Source: Catajapyx aquilonaris (taxonomy: Eukaryota). From it: DNA of 58,385 nt. Every line of letters starts with the position of its first letter. Within the stretch, counting starts at the first letter, position 1. Position numbers and translations under genes: made by a program. The DNA is taken from contig KZ538002.1 of assembly GCA_000934665.2 (NCBI GenBank), positions 310,001 to 368,385 on the forward strand. Reading direction: 5' to 3'. The notes below the pieces were generated by a model. It was not told the origin of the DNA. It worked only from the letters and a program-made list of their open reading frames with translations, and ran no database searches. Of the stretch, positions 52,537-58,385 are shown one piece after another.

Positions 52537-55500
52537 TCTCGGGTCCACCTCTCATTGGGCAAGGTCACCTGGGCCGTGAAAAGACTCGCTAAATCTGAAT
52601 TTCCTGCTTTATGAAGGATTCGTACCGAATTGGTTTTGATAATGACCTAGCGGTACTCAAATATACTCAAAATAATATCTATGGGAAATATGGTCAGATA
52701 TTGTGGTAAAGACTAATAATATACACATGGTGTGAGGTGAGTCGCGAATTAGGCTGTACATTTCACTTTTGCAGGCACATCGCATGGAAATGTAGTTTTT
52801 GGACGGTCGCATTCGATTACCGAAACAATTCGTTTCTCTTACAAAGTGCAAATAGTGCGGCTATTATCTATACAGTTTTAACACTCGCAGATTGACGCAA
52901 AACCGCGCAATCATGTGCACATACTAGGATGGGGTGGTCAGAGTGGGGGGGTGGGGGGGGGGTGAGAGGGCTATAGAGTGGGGCTGGGTCTTTATGTAAT
53001 CACACTGGCCCGTCATTACAGTGGCACAAATCAAAACAAATTATAAAATGGCGTAGTAATGAATTATCTGAGGGCATGAAGTTTGTTGCTGACTACACTC
53101 CATTTGGGGAGAGGGGGTAGAGGGTGTAAGTGGGGGAGGGGGGAGACTCCCCTCTCCCATAGCAGGGGGACTTTATGCCAAAATATGGCCGTGTAGCCTG
53201 CAAAACGACAAAACGCTAATAACGCTCATTGCGTTTAGGTCTTGTTGTCGGGTCAATGTGTACATACTGCTCGCCCAATAAAACTTTTAAGAACCATTAG
53301 ATGGCTGTTTTACGGCTTACTGGGGTATTTTAGCTGCATTGCATGCGCATTAAATTTGCGAATGGTCTGTTGGAGTTTGCTGATAGAGCAATATGACTCG
53401 GGATTTCCGGCTCCCTTCATTGATAAAATTTTTTGGAGGCTAAAACTTTTGTACAGGTGACTAATTCATAAAAGTTGGGCTCAGCCTGTGTTCTTGGCGA
53501 TCAAAAAAATTTGGATGCCGACCATGCTGCCATCTTTCGACCCCCGGAGTATACGCAGGGGTATGTAATTATTTATGTCTGTCCGCATGAGTGCGCTTAA
53601 TCAGGTTTTTAGTGTCACTGCATGCGGTCATGGCGTGCCAATATGACAATCGACTCTTTCGATTCGGACGCCAAAATATCGCGCATCTCTGCCGGATGAA
53701 AGCTATTAGTTGCGGAACAACAAGTCGCCTGTCCCAAAGTAGAACTGAATCTGCGCTTGTTTTTTTTTTAAAAAATGGCGGCGGGTACAGTGTGTCACAA
53801 AAGTGATTAAATCTGGCCATAAAACGGTTCTTTTGCGATACGAACAGTGGCGGAGGAGAGAGGGTCCTTGGTCTACACTTTCACTCTGATATGGCTCCTG
53901 CTCTTTTGTTTGGCGCCAAGGGAACCGATAAATTTCCAGAATCCTTTTGGGCCGATTAGAGTCCGGTAGGTGCATTAGCCATATGTTAAGAGAAAAGAGG
54001 TAGGAGGGACAGAGGCTCGTGCCCTCATCCCCTCCAAAACTTCTTTCTTGTTCAGAGGTGCCAGATGGTTGAAGAGAGGACATTTTTTGTCTCTTCGATG
54101 TGTTTTGTGAGAACCGGCCTCAGGAAACATATATTAAGATGAAACCCCCCCGCCTTTTAGGGGTTCAGGTCATCCGTGAGGAATTCAACCTGATAGCCAA
54201 TCGTTTGGACGCCATGTAATGTCACAACATGGCTTGGTGCCCACACACATCCTAGGAGCAAACCGCAATTTTTGGATCAGCATTTGACCACACTTTTTGT
54301 CCTGAGAAATGAACATGGCGGCTGAAAAGGGTTACCAGATTGAGAGAGGGGATTCAAGAGATGGGGTGTGGTAGTGGGGGATGGAGGAGGGAGGGGGGGG
54401 GGGAGAACGGTATCGGTCTCCAGCTGGCTGCGGCCGCCCTCCGCACCAACCATGTCCCGGGTTTAATGACTAACGACTCTCCCTTAATCTTCCAAGTATT
54501 ACGAGTAACAATGAGGGATACCAGTTTCGGTTAAAGTTGGAAATTCAATATCGTAGTCTTAATCCGTGTTAATGGGTCTGTTAAGTACTTAATCACGGTT
54601 TGGAATGCCATCGCACACTTGGTGCGCGCCCTGGTGCACGCGCCATTTTCTCCTTTTCTCCCCAAAGTGAGTTTAAATGCCCGAGAAATTATGATAAGAT
54701 GCTGGGAGGGGGGAGGGGGAGGGATGGAAAGGGGCAAGGGCTTTCCGTGGGGATTGTGTGCCCGGAGACATTAAGCATAAGAAACATGATTCCGCCTCGG
54801 GAAGGAACTTAGCAGGGGCTTCCATTAAAGAGCATCACTTGTTCCATAGTTCCACACCATGGAGGTGTCGTGGCAACTTTAAAATTATGATTATTATTAA
54901 AATTATTTCACGTTGGATTGGCTAGAGGCAATGCACCAGATATGTGTGACGTAGATGTTTCGACTAGCAGTTATTATTGATCGTTATTATTTAATCTGGC
55001 CGTATTAACAGGTGAACAAATTGGTATGGTAATTTGAGGTTCTCTGCATAACATATCCGAAGGCCTGGCATGTCATCTCAATTTCATAGCGCAAGGACTG
55101 CAATTACGCTCAAATGCTGTGGTGTATAAGCACAAGGTACAGCACGGACCAATGAATAGCTTACAAACAACATGATGCGGATGACAGTACTTTTTTACTT
55201 GTAAGTGGCGTTTACCAATGTCATTACCCACAGTAAATAATTGGATGTTTGCACACTCTCTGTACTCAGGCTGCAATATGAGAAATTACATCAGAGTTGG
55301 TCATGCACCACGTATTCCAGGTGGTTCCTTTTTCACGTGACAGTTGTTCATTCTGGCAATATTTGAAATTATTCGGTCTAGTTAAACGTACCCAACTGTA
55401 CGCAAACATAATTATCAAAGAATATTCGAGTTACACTAATCATACATTTATAGACTTGCAACGTTCGATATACATTGACTGCAATGTGTCCCACAAGCAT

Positions 55501-56545
55501 TACCAGAATATGAATATTCACAATGCTCGTGATTCCGTGTCATCATATGAATCACATTTGATTTGTGATGTAGTAATTAAATTGCATTAACAAGGTCCAT
55601 GCACATTTAAATTCGGGTGCTTAGACACAGGCCCCCAAAATGGCGCTATTTTTTCCAACTCAGTAAAATAGTTAAACATTGAACAGCTATTGTCGTTAGC
55701 AGGAATATGTGTGATAAACTTGTCACATAAAACCAGGATGACAAATTGTTGCAGTAGCTTTTGGAATAGTAATATGTGCATTGTTTTTTTTTGCTATCAT
55801 TTGCGCTATAGGCTCGACAGTTAACTACCAGAATTTTTCTCTTTCATATATTAAATAATAAAGGCTTTCAGGTGAGACCCATCGAATTGTACGCCACATT
55901 TAAAAATTCAGGCTCTAATTTGCAACAACCCAGGGCACCCTTTGAAAAAAAAAAAAAGTGGGGGTCCATCGCGTGACTCCTACAAATAACCATTTTTTTC
56001 CACCCATTTTTTGGGTAGGGTATCCGGAAGAGAAGGCCTGGTTATAATATCGGATGCGCTCCGTATGAACAGCAATTTCTGTGTTTATTTTTCACGGCGC
56101 GTTTAGCGTTCAATTTGAAGCATCGGCCCCGCCTCCAATTTTGTGCATCGGCACAACTACTACTGCATATTAGAATAGGCCACTGCATGTGGAGGGTCTA
56201 TTAAAAAGCCATAACTTGCAGCTGCGCCTATTTATGATGCGTTCTTTCCCAAGTCCCTGTCATGGACATACCTACATGCTGCATTTTTTAGATGATAACC
56301 TTTCCAAAAAAAAATACGACTATAGGGGTGGGGTCCGACGGGCGCTATCGCGGATAGGCGCGAATATAGCGATCCGCTGCCGACATTTATTGGGGCACCT
56401 AAACAGGTAAATGGGCCACTCCCACCCGGTGTCACGCAGCGTTACGGAAAGAGCAGCGTTACGTACACTCTGTCTTATCGGGTGCGATCACGGGGGTTTC
56501 TATATAAGGCTAGGGTAGGAGCATGGTCTTATAATACTAAGGTCT

Positions 56546-56752
56546 GGACACTACCTCTTATCGCTTGCCGGTGCGTTTTGCATGAGGTGCTCACCTGAGA
56601 GCGCCATGAGACAGCTTTTCATTGTACTATTATGTGGCGACCCCACCTTAGTTCACCGTTGTCCGGTAGGGTCGCCACATAAAAGCACAATGAAAAGCTG
56701 TGTCATGGCGCCGGGGCGGCAGGCGATAAGATAGATTGTAGGGGAAGTGTCC
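56546..56752. mobile_element. long foldback element 1 (MITE-like or hairpin RNA)
   Basis: 47-bp arms 56601-56647 / 56665-56711 with 4 mismatches and a 17-nt loop; outer arms 56556-56570 / 56717-56731 (14/15) and ggacact/agtgtcc. Confidence 0.6.
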
Positions 56753-56767
56753 GGGGGCTGGGAAGGT

Positions 56768-56875
56768 GTAAGGTAGCAGACCTGAAGCTCAAATTAGCCT
56801 CTTCCTCACGACTTGTTAGAGGTATAGGAGAGCCTCTCTTGAAGTCTATTTTGTGCTTCAGGTCTGCTACCTTAC
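56768..56875. mobile_element. foldback element 2 (MITE-like or hairpin RNA)
   Basis: 30-bp arms 56768-56797 / 56846-56875; the outer 21 bp are perfect, with 2 mismatches overall. Confidence 0.6.
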
Positions 56876-58385
56876 TCCTAGAAGTGACTATTTTCCACTC
56901 AGTGTGTGGCCCACCAGTACTTTTTCCGGTTCAATGAAATAGGGGTTCTGATTCTGGATGGCACTCTTTCTGATTTTCTCATTTCCCACGTCCTGTTAGC
57001 CACGGGGTAAAGGAAAATACCGTCTTCTGGGGGTCGCTCCCGGGTGGCCCCTTTTTGTTACGGACACTACCTGCTTCCCATCATATCTACTCACACGTGA
57101 ACATCTGTCCTCCAAATGTAGACGACAAATAATTTTTGGCATCCCCCCCCCCCCCAATCATATTTTAAGGATATTTTCTATGCAAATTGCGGTCCCCATT
57201 GGTTCCTATATAACCACTGAATCACCGTATTGGGTAGGTATAAAAATTACATCTTTTTTTGGGTGTGTGAACCCCCCTCCGGAGAGTATTTGGGCCGCTT
57301 AAAGACCTGTCCCCATGGGAATCCGGACCAAAAGTGGGTGGGGATCAGGCACAATATTCGGGTTGCAATAAGTGGCGAAACCATCCCAAAGTTGTTGGTA
57401 GGTTAGAGGGGAGAGGGGGGCCGAAGGCGAAACATAAAGGAGCAGGGGGGAAAGGGGGAGGGGGGGGAGAGAAAGACGAATGTAGAAGCTGCAAAGATGG
57501 GCTTATTAGCGGCGAGGCACGTCGAAGACGAAGCTCGACCTGCTCCCGGTCACGCATTTATATGCAAACGAAGACGGCCAAATAATGCGCCATCGGTAAT
57601 AAAGAAAAAGGAAAAGAATGAAATTATGGAAATTGTCGCATAATGTGAATGAGGTTCTGGCATTGCCAAATTACCGCCTGGAATACTAATATACTTCAAT
57701 CTTATCTGGAAAAACGTTCAAGGAGGGAGGGGGTGGGATGGAGTGGGGGGAGGTGTTATAGTTCTGCAACACGTTTTTTGACAACCATTACTTTGTCTGG
57801 AAATAAATTACTGCGAATGGAAATTAAGGTGGGGTGGGGTGGAAAAATATGTGATTTTTTTCCCTCCCTCATTCCTTTCCTAAATATTAATGAAGCCTGA
57901 TTCCTGCCCATTTGCCACGAGGTTTATGCGAATGAAATTAATTTGCATACTGCCATGGAAGTCACCACATATTACACGTGCCAATGCCCTGTAAGGAAAG
58001 ACTGGCTCTTCAGATATACAGTTTTGACAGACATATTCAAACTGATGCTTTCCCCCTCCCCTGTCCCACCAGCCACCCCACATTCTCATCAAAAAATCAA
58101 AAAAGGTTTAGCATACAAGGTGAATCAGTACGAACTGTTTAAATATTAAGTTGACTCAGCCATAACGGCAACTTATTGTTTCCCCCCATTATATGCGCTC
58201 CATCAGTGATATTGTTTACAAACAAGTGCGACGTCAAATATCTCGGATAAAAATCGAGTCCCGGTTCTTCGCAGGTAGCTCCAAAATGCACAAATCGCCG
58301 TTAAATCCGATGATCCAGATAAGAAAAAAGGCCCCCAGGGTTCCCAAAAAAAGAAGGTTGGGGTAGTCCCCCCCCCCCCACCATA

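Noticed and set aside
57030..57056. GC hairpin followed by T5, resembling a bacterial intrinsic terminator
   Set aside because: Eukaryotic context, a short stem that depends on G-U pairs, and no upstream gene.
45900..58385. A second protein-coding gene or transposase downstream of dac
   Set aside because: No exon-like segment with a recognisable product was seen on either strand; small diverged exons cannot be excluded without a homology search.

Overview
Eukaryotic (animal, probably arthropod-like invertebrate) genomic DNA, not prokaryotic. The window holds the 3' part of a dachshund (dac/DACH) transcription-cofactor gene on the + strand. Four small coding exons (5065-5148, 23955-24095, 40250-40330, 43578-43633) are bounded by canonical AG/GT splice sites and splice in one frame to give the DD2/Dachbox-C coiled coil and C-terminus: (x)ELKMEILREREVRENLEKQLIEEQKIR-V-LYQKRLRKEKKARRRLQDQLEMEMKRRTQYEEALKSTSADTLRMLN-E-TLAQELEMERKSRQQQQETDVKPSLQ-E-AASTGYYKNSVLFTSAT*. 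Introns are about 18.8, 16.2 and 3.2 kb, and a 3' UTR of up to about 2.2 kb follows. The rest is intronic or intergenic, with microsatellites, two minisatellites, several inverted-repeat/foldback elements, a probable degenerate tRNA-derived SINE and motif clusters. The supplied ORFs appear to be chance frames except where they overlap the exons. I found no clearly new protein-coding system. The best leads are RNA-level or regulatory and are inferences: complementary (CT)28 and (AG)30 tracts flanking the 141-nt exon, a candidate 21-nt (one-heptad) microexon, a perfect 51-bp palindrome within a Su(H)-site cluster, and twin long hairpins downstream of the gene.
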